From the human T2T-CHM13v2.0 reference genome, Homo sapiens, in the NCBI RefSeq assembly GCF_009914755.1, contig NC_060925.1: 64,000 bases of DNA; one strand, given 5' to 3'. The notes under the pieces were generated by a model. That model saw nothing but the letters and a program-made list of their open reading frames with translations, was not told the origin of the DNA and searched no databases. Every line of letters begins with the position of its first letter. The stretch's first letter is position 1. Positions 16,871 through 32,853 of the stretch are shown here, in pieces. The translations under genes were made by a program, and so were the position numbers.

Positions 16871-17499
16871 GTTGAACACTATGATGATACCCTAATGAAC
16901 AGATGTGCGTTCTGACTCACTTAAATGCTTAAAATAAAAGTCAAGGTATTTTGGAGGGTGTAGATGACACAGACATCCTTCAAAATGTTGCAGTTCACTA
17001 TTCAGAGAAAAATGTGGAATCTGATGTTAGTCTTTTAAGTTGAGGGAAGGAGAGTAAACTGTCAAAGCAGTGCTTCTCATGGGAATTTTTTCTTTGCCAC
17101 GGTTCATAAATGAAAGGTAAGGAATGAGTCACCATGTTGATAGTGCATTCAACCTCTCAGATACTCTGCAAAAAGGATTTTATACATTCTGGCTTAATTA
17201 GGATCCTTAGGTAATATCCTAGTCTAAAAAAATAAATACAATGGTTAACTAGGTCCTCTGTATATTTCAGTCAGTATTGCAGATTATATTTTGGAGAAGT
17301 CTTAGTATTTTTTCTTGCCTTAGAAAGCACCATGGTAGTGGACATCACGGAACCTTTTCCAATGATTCAGAACACTGTGATGCCTCATGGTTGTCATCTT
17401 GTAAATCAGTTATTATGGGAAATAGAAATATAAATTTAGAAGATAGAGCAAATTGAACCAAATGACCCTTGGATATAACTTGAAAAAAGTTCTGTTTAA

Positions 17500-17833
17500 A
17501 ACCTTCCAGGAGCTTCCAACACTTAGAGTGATATCCCAGCCTTTCCCAGTGCCCAGTACCCTGGAATCTGGCTCCTCCCTGTCCATCCAAACTACCTTCC
17601 TGCTGTTCCCACACCTGCCAAATTCCATCCCTCTTTCTGGAAAAATCTCCCACTAGAACTTGAGAAGCTTCAGTCACATCATTTAGATTTCTGCTTGATA
17701 GCTTCTCCTCAGAGAGGCTTTCCTTGAGATCCTGTGGAAAATACCATAGTAGACAACCTGGTCACTGTCTATCACGTTAGCCTACTTTATTTCTTTATAA
17801 CCCTAACTACTTATTGAAATTATATTATTTAGG

Positions 17834-17880
<47 letters not shown>

Positions 17881-18030
17881 AATTTTTACTGTTCATCTCC
17901 TGGACTAAAATATATGCTCAAAGAGTAACAATATTTACTCTATTCTCTGTTTTATCCCCAGTGCTTAGAAGAACATATGGCCCAGATTCCACACTCAGTA
18001 TATAATTCTTGAATGAAAAAGAGAAATGAA
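17500..18030 (+). mobile_element. L2 3' fragment containing a (TG)n
   Basis: AAAACCTTCCAG...CCTCAGAGAGGCTTTCC...TATCCCCAGTGCTTAGAA...TTGAATGAA. Confidence 0.7.
17837..17876 (+). repeat. (TG)20 microsatellite
   Basis: Perfect dinucleotide run. Confidence 0.97.
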
Positions 18031-20089
18031 TCAAGGGCCTCTGATTCCATGAAGCCCTCCCCAACTGCCCACCACCCATGACATACATCACTTAAGCAGA
18101 TTGATCATTCCTCTCCTATCCCATTAACAGTTTACATTTCTTGGGCAGGCAGTGTCTAAGACCTTTATATATGTTGTCTGATATTATTTGTCAGGCTGTC
18201 AGACTGCCTGATTCTGACCAAGGAGAACAGAAAAACAGGTAAATTTTAGTCTCACGAGGGTCTTTAGAACATATATTAACCATGCATTCATGTAAGCATT
18301 TATAAACAGCCTTACAAGTAGAAGAATTCCAAGAGTACTCTTTTGGAATTTAGACATAAAACATTATAATGCCTTTTGGAACAGCTAAAGTCAGGTAACA
18401 CCCAATTCCATACTGGTTGTGTGAGTGTGTGTGTGTGTGTGTGTGTAATTGTTTGTGGACATGCAGATGAAATACAACTTGATTTATTAAATAACTCCAG
18501 ACCTGTGTCATAAATTTCCTTTCTACACTTGGGCCCTTTGACCCTAATGTGCCAAGGTTATACAGTGGAGATAAAAGCACCAAGGACTTCATCTGAATAC
18601 ATGAATATGCAAACAGGCAAAAATATGCCCTATGCACCTGAGGAACTAAAGGGAAAATATGTCTGCTGTATTTCTCAGGACTCTAATTTTCAGAGACATC
18701 TCTAGGACTAGATAGGACAAAAAGAATTACTGGCCAAACCAAAACAGCTAAGGGCAAGGCAAACTGAAGTGTAGCATAGCCCTCCAATATAAGGCATCTG
18801 AGCCAGGTACTTAACATGCTATCAGGATTCTTATAGGGATGTATGTGTTAATTTTTCTCAGTCCAAATCATTTATGTCCACTGACAAATGGGGAATAATT
18901 GGGCTTAAAAATCTGTAAAATTAAATCTAAAAATGATTTTTAAAATAATAGTAGTCTGTCCACAATTCAACAGCAACAATTATTTTCATCAGTCTAGCAA
19001 AAGACAATTTTTTTAAAGGTACTTTAGGTAAAATTTTCATAAACTATTTTGGTTTCAGTGATGCTGTATTGATACCATCGTTGGTTTCTGCAATTATTTA
19101 ATCTAATTAACTTGAGTTCTCCCTAATGCCTTAACCAAAAATACGTATTAAGCATAGTATATGTACAGTATTGAACTAACTTTCTGATATAAATAATACT
19201 AAAGAAGTTTGGACAAGAGAAACATGTTCCCTCTTCAGGACAGGGCATTTCAAACAGGTGAAGAATGAGAGTTTAGTTTGTTTGTTTCCCCAGTCCATCA
19301 GAGACCAATATTTTTGTAAAGAGAAAAAAAAAGTGAATTACTACAAAAATAAAATAAAAAAGACATCCAAAATACAAGTCTAAATTATTTAGTTTTTGAT
19401 TTATCAGGGATAAAATTACATTTCAATAAATATAACCAAAACAACATTTCATAGGAAAAAAGGGAACTATGGAAACTCTGCAAATTGTTCATTTAAAATG
19501 TGTATGTAGGTAGAGAATCACTATTATGCCCATATTTTTTTTCTTTCCTCAATTGTAACTGAACAAACAGTTATATGTAAAACAATTCCCGTGCCAAATA
19601 CATTTTTGCACATGTTGAATGAATACTATGGACATCAATATTTAAAGTTTTCAAATGTGGCAAATGAACATATTTCTTACTTCCTCATTTATCTAATTTA
19701 AATTGGATTAATGAATTTCTAAATTTTGATCTTCACTTCTGTACTTATTTTATCACAAACCATAACAAACAGCAAGAATGTAATAAGAGAATTAGACCTT
19801 CCCCACAAATTCTTGCTGCTGTGGCCTCTTGAACTCTCTTCTCTGTCTCCTCAATTCAGCAAGACCTTAAATCTGGTGCTGCCAGTTGGAAAATGCTTCC
19901 ACAGAGTTAGTGCCTGTAATTGTAGGCCTCACTTTGTTTAATACCCTTCTCGCATGGATCATATTCCTGCACTATCTGTTGAATTCCTGCAATAAATGTC
20001 TGAAAACATTTGTTTCATATTTTTCCCCCTATTCCCTAGGTGCTTAAGAAGGAAAGGTAAATTCAGGCTTGACTAGGAGCAGAAGTTCC

Positions 20090-21950
<1,861 letters not shown>

Positions 21951-21957
21951 TAAAAGT

Positions 21958-22540
21958 TTGCAGCACTGTTCACAATAGTCAAATTATGAAATCAACCATT
22001 AATGTGTCCATCAAAGGATGAATAAATAAAGAAAATGTGATAATATATTCACAATGGACTACAATTCAACCCTTAAAAAGGGAGAAAGTCAATCATTTGT
22101 GACAACATGAATGGAATTGAAGAACATTATGCTAAGTACAATAACCCAAACATAAAAAGACAAATATCATATGTTCTTACTTATATGTAGAATCTAAAAC
22201 AACTGAACTCATGGAAGCAGCGAGTAGAATGATAGTAACCAGAGGCTGGGGGTGGGGTAGTGGGGAAATGATAGTGAAGCCTCAGTAAGGAAGAATAAGT
22301 TTGATTTTTTTTAGACTAATTGCCAACATGATGAATATAGCTAATAATTAATTTATATATCACGATATCATAACGAGTAAATTTCTAATGTTCTCATCAC
22401 AAAAGAATATTAAGTATTTGAGGTGATGGATATGTTTATTAGCTTAATTTAAACTTTTCATATTACATTCAAAAATTATAATGCCACTTTTTACTTCATA
22501 AATATATACAACTATAGTTCATCAATATATCATAAAATAA
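21958..22540 (+). mobile_element. L1MA-type 3' end
   Basis: GCAGCACTGTTCACAATAG...ATGGAATTGAAGAACATTATGCTAAG...GAGGTGATGGATATGTTTATTAGC. Confidence 0.8.
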
Positions 22541-22911
22541 TTTTTTTATGTTTGTAGAAACTCAACTATGAAACCATCTGGGTCATGAAACTATTTGAAC
22601 AATTTCTTTATTCTGTATAATAACCTAACTTCATGACAAAAAGTTTATTATTTCACTTAGTGTTTAAATGTCTTAAGCACAATTTCATGTATGTAATTAA
22701 TCTGAAAAAACATTTCTATGACAATGATTATATCACCTTTCATACACTAATGTTGTGAATTACTATTCTCACACATTTTCCCATGAGTATCTTTTAGAGA
22801 TTTATCTATTTCATTATAGTTCTTAAATAACTAGCATTAGATGTATTTTCATTTCTAACTTCCCTTACTTATGTTATTATCTTTACAACTTCCTTTCTAC
22901 TGATTTCATAG

Positions 22912-23421
22912 TGATCGAGGCAGGAGGCAGACAGATGCCCAGGCAGATAGGGGCAGGTCCCAATGAAACCCAACCTTCAAGTTGGAAACTGTTCCTGGTA
23001 AATCCTTGGACCCCATTAAGAACCTGCCTTCCTGTTTCATGCACTATCCTCTGACCTTGATCCCCATCCTTCACGTATTTTACATATACCTACCCTTTCT
23101 TAATTGGTTTTCTGCACTGTAGTGCCCATCTTTGAATGGTGTTCTTCACTTTGACCTTTTTTGCATACTCACAAACAAATCAGCACACACTCCCTATTCT
23201 GAGCTCATAAAAAGCCCCAGGCTCCACCACATTAGAAAACCTTCCTGTCTTCAGGTAGGAGAACCACCCCACCCCTCCCATGTCACCTGCTTTTGCTGAG
23301 AGCTTTTCTTTCCCTTAAATTTTACTCCACTCACTCTTTGAGGTTTGCATGCCTAATTTTTCCTGGTCATGAGACAATAACCCAAACCGAGCTGAGCTAA
23401 AAGAGCAAACATCCTAAATCA
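22912..23421 (+). mobile_element. ERV1 solo LTR (LTR1/LTR27/LTR28-like group; subfamily uncertain)
   Basis: TG...CA termini, 510 bp, 4-bp TSD ATAG (22908-22911 and 23422-23425), TATA-like CATAAAAAGCCCC. Confidence 0.85.
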
Positions 23422-23454
23422 ATAGGAGTTATTTCAATGTACTTTCTTATCTCC

Positions 23455-24082
23455 CTGTTAATATTTAGTGCTGTGAACAATCTATAGGAGATTTTGCAGC
23501 TTAAAACAACACCCATTTATTAGCTCACTGCAAGTCAGAAGTTTGCGTGACATCACTGGTTTCTCCTCTCAGTGTATCATAGGGCTAAACTCAAGATGTT
23601 GGTTATGCTGAGTCTTCTTTGGAAGTTCTGAGGAAAAATCAGCCTCCAGGATCATTCTTGTTTGCAAAATTCATTTCCTTCCTCTTGTAGGAATGAGGTC
23701 CTGGTGTTCTTTTTGACTGTCAACCCAGTAGCTTCTCTCAGCTTCTAGAGTCCCCCCACATTCCTTGCTATGTGACCTCTCCGTCTTCAAGCCTGCAACA
23801 CTGTATTCAATCTTCAAGCCTATAACAATATGTTCAATCCTTCCTATGCTTTGAATCTCTGACTTCTTGTCTCTTACCTCTGGACCCAGATTTAAAGAGA
23901 TGACATGGTTGAGCCAGGCACAATTTTCCTATCTTAAGGTCAGCTGGTTTTAGACCCTAATTTACACTAGCAAAATCCTTCACAACAGCATCTAAATTGG
24001 TATTTGATTGAATAATGGGAAAAGGTGTGTGTTTATCAACAGAGAGAACTCTTGGGAGTCTCATAGAATTCTGCCTACCACA
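23455..24082 (-). mobile_element. MLT1E-like MaLR LTR
   Basis: GCTTAAAACAACACCCATTTATTAGCTCAC..., ending GAATTCTGCCTACCACA. Confidence 0.8.
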
Positions 24083-25100
24083 TTTCTATGAGTGGCATAT
24101 TTAGCTCATTTATTTTTATTTTCCCTATTTTGCAGGCATAAATTTTCAGAGTGCATATATTTGTCTGTGTTTCCTACTTTTTGATATATTCTGTCTTGAA
24201 AAGTTGATATCCTCTTTGACTCAAGAGTTCTTTAGGTTATTATTTTTGGTTCCTATGTGATTTAATATGTTCCTTAAGTAATGCTTTTGTTATTAATGTT
24301 TTTATTTCACTGAAATAAGATAAGTAGAATTGTTATGATTTATTCTTTTCCTTTTGAGATTTTTTAAGACCCAGGATATAATCAATATTTAAAAATACCT
24401 CATGAGTATTTGAAAATATTTTTTAAAAATATATATTTTCTGTCTAGGAACTAAAACATTAATTATATTATTCAATTTCTTAATTTCTTCATTTGATTTC
24501 TGATCATTTTATCTTCAGAAAGTTTGAAAAATATTTTCCCATTTATTTTTTATTTTGAACATTTAATATAGTTCAGAGAGATATTATTTGTCTCATAGAT
24601 GACTTTTGATAGCTAAATCTTCATGTTACAGTACACCTTTTATCCTCATATAATACCTGACAACATGCTAAACAAGGAATTGCTATGATTATAAATGATA
24701 TTTGTGCAATATGATATTGCCACTAATGCTTTTATTTGTAATTTTCCTTTTGTCACATTATTTTTCATTTTGTTTATATTATTTAGCTATCAGTCTTCAT
24801 GTATTTTCGTTGTTTTTTGTTTTGCAATCTAATTCCCGAGTTTTCAAGTAGTAGGGTTTAACACTTTTTTTTTTTTTCAGTTGGGCTTGCTTCTGTTATC
24901 TACTTTATATTTTATGTTCTTAAGTTTTCATGCTATTCCCCAGTCAGTTCACTGATTTTGCTATACTATTCAAAGTTTCTTTCGTTTTTGTTTTCTAGTG
25001 ATTTGAGAATAATATACCTATGTTTATTCTACCAGTGATTTATCTTAAAATTTTGAGCATAAATGTATGAACATACATGAACTCATTTTTAAATTTATTT
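24083..25100 (-). mobile_element. Old L1M fragment
   Basis: T-rich degenerate antisense L1 text. Confidence 0.5.
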
Positions 25101-25129
25101 TCCTCTAGCAATAGAGAATGATCTTTTTA

Positions 25130-25690
25130 ATAAAATAAAACCAATAATCTCATTTTCCCACTTAATGTTCTGACTTTCTATTTTTGAAGATAAAAGTCAA
25201 AATCTTAGCTTAGACATGAAGGCCCTTCATTAACTGAGTGATGTCTCTTTCTCTTGCGTTGTAACTTCTGTTCTCCTTCTCTTTAGCTATGTTCTGTTGT
25301 TTCAGGATTCCGACATTCACACTGCTGTTATGCAAACTGCTATTTTTCAAACTGAAATGCTTTTGCTTCTCTTTTACCTGCTAAATTCTATTCAAACTTC
25401 AACATTCAGTTCAAATAATTATGTCCCCTGGAAAACTTTTCCTAGTCACATTCTCCATGCAATCTGATTTTAAAAACCCTCTCCTTCACTGATGTGGCAC
25501 TCTGTAGATACCCCATCACAGGACCTATCATCTTGCCCTACATTATTAGGTTACTCATTCATCTTCTCTTCTTCTTGGAGCTCAGTAAGGGCAGGGGCTT
25601 TGTCTTATTCAGCTTTGAGCCCTCAGAACCTAGTGCTGTCCTTCACATACTTGTGCTACTTACAAATATTTGTTTACTGAATTAAGTATA
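25130..25690 (+). mobile_element. L2 3' fragment
   Basis: GATAAAAGTCAAAATCTTAGC...GGCAGGGGCTTTGTC...AAATATTTGTTTACTGAAT. Confidence 0.65.
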
Positions 25691-25829
25691 TTAGACAAAT
25701 ATCACCAGTGTTTGCCCATTTTTGGCTCAAATATTCAGAAATTTCATTTATGTTTATAAAATACACAATGTAATTTTCTGATTTATTCTGAAGTACCAGA
25801 AACAAAGAAAAAATAGAAAACCGAATATA

Positions 25830-26025
25830 TTATAATGTAACCAATGAACTTTAGCTAACAATGTATCAGTATTGGTTCATCAATTGTAATAAATGTATTA
25901 TACAAACGCAAGATATTAATAATAGAGGAAACTGGGGTAGGCAAGTACATATGAGAACTTTCCGTACTTTCTGCTCAATTTTTCTATAGGACAAAACTGC
26001 TCTAAAAGTAGTATTATAACTAAAA
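25830..26025 (+). mobile_element. L1MC/L1MD-type 3' end
   Basis: ATGTATCAGTATTGGTTCATCAATTGTAATAAATGT...GAACTTTCCGTACTTTCTGCTCAATTTTTC. Confidence 0.75.
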
Positions 26026-26099
26026 ACACCTGTTTATATATTTCAAAAATATTATAACTGAATATACCTTACCTTACTATTTAATAATAGCTCTTTTAC

Positions 26100-26980
26100 A
26101 TATTAATTTAACTAACATATTAAGCGCCTCTATGCCCATAAGACAAGTGAGAGACCAAGTGTTAATTGCTACATATTGTGATAAGCCCTGTCAAGACAGT
26201 ATTTTTTGAGAGCATGTAGGAAACCTATCAATCCTAGACCTGGGTAGGTGATCGAAGATTCCATGATGGAAGTGACACCTCCAAGGAAGCCTGAATGATG
26301 AGAAGGAGTTTATGAGTAAAGAACTAAAAATAAGGAAAATAGAACCTGGAGAATTAAATCTGATCCTGTTTCAGAGTTTGAACTTTAATCCAGAGGTAAT
26401 GTGATGCCACTGAAAAGATTGTTAACATGTACATGACATAATCAGATTTCCTTTCTAGAAGGATTACTTTGGATGCTACAAAGAGGAAAGTGGATGAGAA
26501 ATAGGTAAGATCAGATGGTATCAAAGCAAGGAGACAACTTATGAAGCTTTTTTGGCCATCTAGGCTAGGAATGATGATTCTCTAAAATGGAGTAGTATCA
26601 ATAGGAATAGGGTGATGAGAATTTCACAGCAGATCAGGAGATAGATGGATTGGATACAAGTGAAAAGGAGGCATTCAGGGTGATTCTTCAGTCTTTAACT
26701 ATTCAACTGGGTGGATGTCCTCATGCCATTTTCAGAGAGAGAAAAGATAGAGAGTAAATTTGGGTAAAGGAATTGAAAATGAGTTACATTTGGGATTTGA
26801 AATATCTGCAGAATATGCAAATGAAGACCTCCAACTGAGAAATGAATGTGGAGATCCTGGCCTATGTAAGGGAATTGGGTCATTAAAAGACAGTAAGAAT
26901 TGTCAGACTATCTCAATAACTGAAGAAAGGGGTGTGGGCAAATTAGCAACTGAAGCATTGGATACTTTCCCCACTATAGA
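26100..26980 (-). mobile_element. L2 fragment
   Basis: GATGCCACTGAAAAG...GACATAATCAGATTTCC...AGAAGGATTACTTTGG. Confidence 0.6.
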
Positions 26981-28062
26981 GATATAGAGAATTATTACTT
27001 CGGAAATACAACAACAACAAATATTTTCTAGTTGAGAAACTTCATAGATGTTTATACCATATTTTTCTCTTTGGTGATAAAGTGATTTTAGAAGTAATTT
27101 ATATTTATTTTTAAGTTGGCATTACATCTTTTTGAAGATACCAGGATATTTACTGTAGAATCTCCAGGCTGCCATCCATATAATGGATCCCAAGGACCTT
27201 ATCACTTTCTTGACAGTAAGAATGTGTGTACTTTAATGAAGTTGTTATCAGTTCCATCAGATGTAATACTTACTTTGATAATAAATAATGTGGAATGCTC
27301 CCTCTACTATCCTGAAATTAAATATACACATAATACCTACACAGATAATTAAAAAATACAGTGCCCTAAATGTAGTATAAAGGAGGAGTAAAGACATCTA
27401 ATAAAGTTAATATTTCTCTAAAAAACTGCTCAACGTAACAGCACTAGAAGACATAATGAAATAATCAGATACTTAAACCCCTAGGTGTAATTACAATGAA
27501 GTTGTAGCTATAAGTGAAGGTTATGTAAACTTCAGAAAGGCATGTGTTTATTCTACTTAGTTCACTGCTATTTCCTTTGTACCTGGAGCTATGCCTGAAA
27601 CATGGTATGTGCTCAGTAAAAACTTTATTAAATAATTGAAATAATAAATTCAAGTGTTCCTTATGATTTTAAATACCACTAGCAGCACTGCTGTCAGTGA
27701 TGTGATGTTTCAAAATGTGGATCAATTCTCAGTGAATTTCCAAGCAATAGTTTGCCCAGTTGTTGCATTTAAGTATTATTACTGGTTTAATTGTAAATTG
27801 TTAAGTACTAATCCATGAGAATAATCACTAATCTGAACAAGTTTCTTTAAAATAGCTTACTATTAAGTACTTTACTTAAATCAGCAATAATGAATTTGCA
27901 CTAATTGGTCACCTATTATGTACCTGATAGTAGAGATTGTGCTCTCACACCTGTATATCTTTACCCTTGGAGAGGCATTTACTAATAATTTTTGAGTAAA
28001 TGATTTCTTGTAACAATTCTGCTCTGTGAGTGTTTTGCCACTTTTAAAAAATTGTCTTTCTG

Positions 28063-28399
<337 letters not shown>

Positions 28400-28552
28400 T
28401 TACTATGTTCTATTACTGATATTTGAAGTAACTTAACAGAACTATCTGGTTTATTTATCTACAAAAATATATATTTTACCCAGCAATTTAAGACTATGTT
28501 TAACTCATCATTATTTCAATAAGAAACGAAAAATACATTAAACTTATATTTA

Positions 28553-30380
28553 CCATAGTCAGTTCCCTGCCCATTTCCCTTTGGGTCCTTTATCTCTTCT
28601 ATAAGTGGCAGTCTGACTCCCCACGCATACTGCCATCTGTACTGGAAGGCTGTCCTCTGTTTCCAGAACCTTCTTTGCCAATGCACAGCTAACCAGAAAT
28701 GTCTGGGGGCTAGCATGTCTCTGAGAGCCTTTGCCAGTGGGTTTAATACCCTAGGTTGCTCATCTTGGCATGAATAATCCTGAGGCATGTCTTTTCACCT
28801 TTTCTCAGAGCTGACCTGGGGATTGTGCTCCAGAACAACTTGACGGCCTGCTTTTCCCTTCCTGCATCATCTCCACAGTCCTCTGCTTGTTTTTCCTGCA
28901 GCTCCCAAATAAACAAAGCGTGTCTCATCCTTTTCTCAGGGTCTGATTCCCTTAGGGTCACCTAATTAAAGGAGTTAGAAATTGTTCTAGGAAACAGATC
29001 CTCAGAGAGAACTTTGGGGTTGGGTCTTGGGGCTGGCCAGATAGCAAAAGACTGCATTGCTGGTGGTAGTCGGGATAATGATAATCTTTGACATTCTATA
29101 GCATAACCATTAATGCCCTTTTCACCAGTGGTGAAATGAAATGGAATATCTGTGGAAGAGGATGCAATATCACTGATATTTAAGAGGTATGGTGGCAACG
29201 GTCATTACAGACTGTGGAATTCTTTAGTTGTTTTAAAATTCTATTAATAAGCGAAATTAAAATGCTGACAGGCTCAAATCCGAAAACAGATACCTTTTCC
29301 CGGTGGGGTGGGAGGGGCCAAAGGGGATCTTTGACAGTATTTAAAGATTCCTTCATCTCCTGCAACTAGAGGGCAGATCAGGACAAAAACTAGACCCAGC
29401 ACCTAATTGTGAGAGTAGGTGAGTTACAGAGAAGGCATGATTCCTAGTACTTATGTCTCCTATGCTGAATAAAGGGCCTAGGTGCAAAAAGAATGTGCCC
29501 TGGCTACCTGGGAGGGGAATATCCGAGCAGACACACTTGAGAATACTTAATCCCCCATTCCCTTGAATCCTCCAAGGCTGCAGAAGAGGCCTGCTTCTCT
29601 TGCCTGGAGACCTTGCAGAGGCCTCTGCTGAGATGGATGCTTCCCAAGTTGATAATGGAATTTTCCAAGATTTCCCTCCACTTCCCCTCATCATTTCTAG
29701 ACTAATAGCTGGTATAAAGTTTAGTAAATTACCTCCTCTGGGAAGAAAGGGATTCTTCCATCCCTTACCTCCTCAAAAAAAACTATAGTTCTTGCAAATA
29801 TGTACTGACAGGGTCCCAGGAATGAGTTTTGAGGGCACTAGATGAATGGAGGGAAGGTGTTGAGTGGCATGCAGAATATAAAGCTATACGGGGGAGAGTT
29901 TGTAAATATAAGAAACAATCTAATGGTACAGTATGCAACATACTGACAAGGACACCTGGAGCTTGTTCTAATTTGCTACTAAAATGGCTCCCTGAAGCTT
30001 GGGGAAAAAAATGCTAGCCTCTAATAAATGGATGGAGATGCTGAAATGCCTTGGCAGAATAGTGTGGAAGAATTAAAAATGCTTAGAGAGGTAGGCGTGC
30101 TAGAATGAATTTATTCACTATCTGACCTATTTTCTCAATGAGAGCCCAGAGGACTCTCCATTTAGTAAATCAATATGGGATGAGCTAGTAAGGATGGCAC
30201 CAACACTGTGTCCTTTCTAAGCCAGGGTCGATGGAGGGGACACTGCTTTGGAACTGGACTCCCCAGAGTCAATGAGGACAATAGGATTCAGGCACAGCAG
30301 AACCCTGAGGCTGGCATTAAACATTAAAGAAAAATTGTAAGTAGCTACCAAAGTGTAGCAAAGCTGCAATGGCAAACACA
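28553..30380 (+). mobile_element. LTR16-like LTR (~28553-28950) plus adjoining decayed ERVL/HERV16-type internal sequence
   Basis: LTR16-like end CTCCCAAATAAAC...CTCAGGGTCTG, followed by GTTCTAGGAAACAGATCCTCAG and decayed gag-like sequence. Confidence 0.65.
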
Positions 30381-30718
30381 TTTGTATTTTGCAGCATCTA
30401 ATTATGATTTTTACGTAAAACTTAATACAAACCTACCTACATTCATTATCATAAACTTAACTGCATATCAGTATCTTAAAATAATCTTCCCATATTAAAT
30501 GTTTGTGAAAAAGAAATCAATTCTAGTCATCAGAGAGCCCTTGTAATAAATATGCAAGAAAAACAAATTATTGACATTTCCTGGAAAGGTGAACATTAAT
30601 TTTGTTATACAAATTTCATGACTGAATATTTAGTATTGATCTTTCCAGGCCAGAGTTTTTTTCAACTTTATTTTTATCTTCAAATTTTCACTTTCTTTAA
30701 CATGTTTCTTCATGATAT

Positions 30719-31355
30719 TGAAGCAGCGTCATTTGTCTGGGGTGATACAGAGGTTCGTTGTCTCATGGCCACAGAAAACTAGGACATGGACACGCGAAGA
30801 GTGAGGTTCAGAGCAGAAGTTTAATAGGCAAAAGAAAGAGAAGAGCTCTCTTCTGGGTTAAATGCAGCAGGTTTTATAGATGATCTTGAGGAGACAGTGT
30901 CTGATTTACATAGGGCACAAAAGATTGGTTGGACCAGGTATGCCATTTGCATAGGGCACAAAAAACTAGTTAGGACTAGGTGTGCCATTTGCATAGGGCG
31001 CAAAAAGCTGGCCACCCCCACCCTGATCTTTTATTATGCAGACGGATTTTCTACCTTGCCAGCGCCATGTTGCCTGTTTGTTTACTGTACACCTGGTGAC
31101 AAAGAAAAGGGAAGATAGAGCCTCCATGTTGAACGTACCTGGCCCCCAGGTAGCTCTTTTCTATTGGCACAGCTGCTGGCATTCACCCATGCAAGCTTCC
31201 AGCTTGCTTATCTATGTCTGCAGCTCAATTTTTCAGGCTGCTCTTTGTTAGAAAATAAATGATTTGGGGGCTGCTTTTTGTTAAAAAGGGAAATTGCACC
31301 GAGGACTCTTGCCCTTACTATCTGCCTAAACAGTTTATTTCTATCTCCTGTATCA
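30719..31355 (-). mobile_element. ERV1 solo LTR, LTR9/LTR9B-like
   Basis: 637 bp. Minus-strand start TGATACAGGAGATAGAAATAAACTGTTTAGGCAGATAG, TG...CA termini, TSD ATAT (30715-30718 and 31356-31359). Subfamily from recall. Confidence 0.85.
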
Positions 31356-31404
31356 ATATTCCATGCTTCTCTGATAGAAAAAAGTATGTGTGCATGTGAG
31401 TATG

Positions 31405-31467
31405 AGATGTTACCACTGTTCACTAACAGGAGTGAAGATATTACCACTGTTCACTAACAGGAGTAAA
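31405..31467 (+). repeat. 31-bp tandem duplication
   Basis: AGAT[G/A]TTACCACTGTTCACTAACAGGAGT[G/A]A x2. Confidence 0.93.
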
Positions 31468-32156
31468 CTGATTTATATTCTAGTAAGAAACGCATATAAC
31501 AAGCCATCCCAGTCCCTTTTTGGGTATTTCTTGCCTAGGAGCCACTTTATGCCAAGAGAAGTGATTTATTGGCACTATAGTGTTAAATATTCCCCCATTC
31601 TGCTTAAGTGGCCGTATTTAAATGAAGTTTAAGTACTCCAGAACCTGTGGAAGCATTAGCAGTCAAGTGGGCCAGTGCTTTCTATTTTTCAGTGTGTGTA
31701 TTTGGGTAGTAGATGGCATGCATTTGTACTTATGTGTGAGTCTTCCTGTGTATTCTAGTGTTCTCAAGGCATAACAAGGTACACATTTTATCAGGTTTAC
31801 TTAATATTTTTGGCTGGTAGACCCCCTATTAAGGTGTTTATTTTCATTTTAAAATTAATATAAATTTATTTTGGGAAATCCAAAAATATATCGTGTTTAA
31901 AAATATCACTAACATCTTTGCCACTTTATAGTAATCCAAGTGTGTTTTAACTCACTTCTTTATTTGTTGTATTTATATATTTGCTTTTTATAGTGATTAT
32001 GCAACTCCAAACCCTTCCTTTTCATTTATGAAAATGATATATATATATTTTTCCAAGAGCTAGCATCTCTTATATAATATTTAATGGCATTATAAAAGCT
32101 CACTGAATGTATATACTATAATTACTTAGCCATGATTCTATCATAAACAGAGATTC

Positions 32157-32695
32157 TGTATCAGTCAGGGTTCTCCAGAGAAAGAGAACCAATATAGATA
32201 TATAGAGAGATACAGATATAGAAACAGATTTATAAAGAGATTAATCATGAGGAATTTGCTTACTTGATGTTGGAGACTGAGAAGTCCCATGATCTGCCCT
32301 CTGCAAGCTGGTGACTGAGGAAAGCCAGTGAGATAGTTCTAATCTGAGTCCAAAGGCCTGAGAACTAGGAGGCTGATGGTATAAGTTCTAATCCAAGTCC
32401 AATGTCTGAGAACTGGGGAGAAGACGGTATAAGTTTCAGCTCAAAGGCAGGAGAATATGGATGTTCTAGCCCATCCAGTCAGGGAGAGAGAGTGAATTCT
32501 CCATTTCTCTGCCTTTTTTCTTCTATTCAAGCCTTCAACAGATTGAATGCTTCCCACCCACGTTGGGAAGGGAGATCTTCTTTCCCCAGTCTATTGATTC
32601 AAATGCTCATCTCATCCAAAAACAGGTATTTGTTTAACCAAACATCTGTGCACCCCTTGACCCAATCAAGTTGACACATAACATTAATCATCACA
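32157..32695 (-). mobile_element. MLT2-type ERVL LTR
   Basis: TGTATCAGTCAGGGTTCTCCAGAGAAA...CAAGTTGACACATAACATTAATCATCACA. Confidence 0.88.
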
Positions 32696-32853
32696 GGACA
32701 CAATCCTACTGATTGTTCGGAATTATTCTGTCATCAGTATTTGTGCTTATTTTATCTTTTTGTTCATGTTTCAGAGTTTATAATTAATTTCTTATAATAG
32801 ATTTCTAGATATGGAATTACCAGATCAAATTGCATAATTAACTTTAAATTTTT

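Noticed and set aside
18503-18660. Good minus-strand acceptor (TTCCTCAG|G at 18638)
   Set aside because: Only a weak donor (GTCTGG) downstream, and the translation is unrecognisable.
28516-30017. Cluster of 60-113 aa ORFs
   Set aside because: They lie in decayed LTR16/ERVL sequence, and there is no intact gag or pol.
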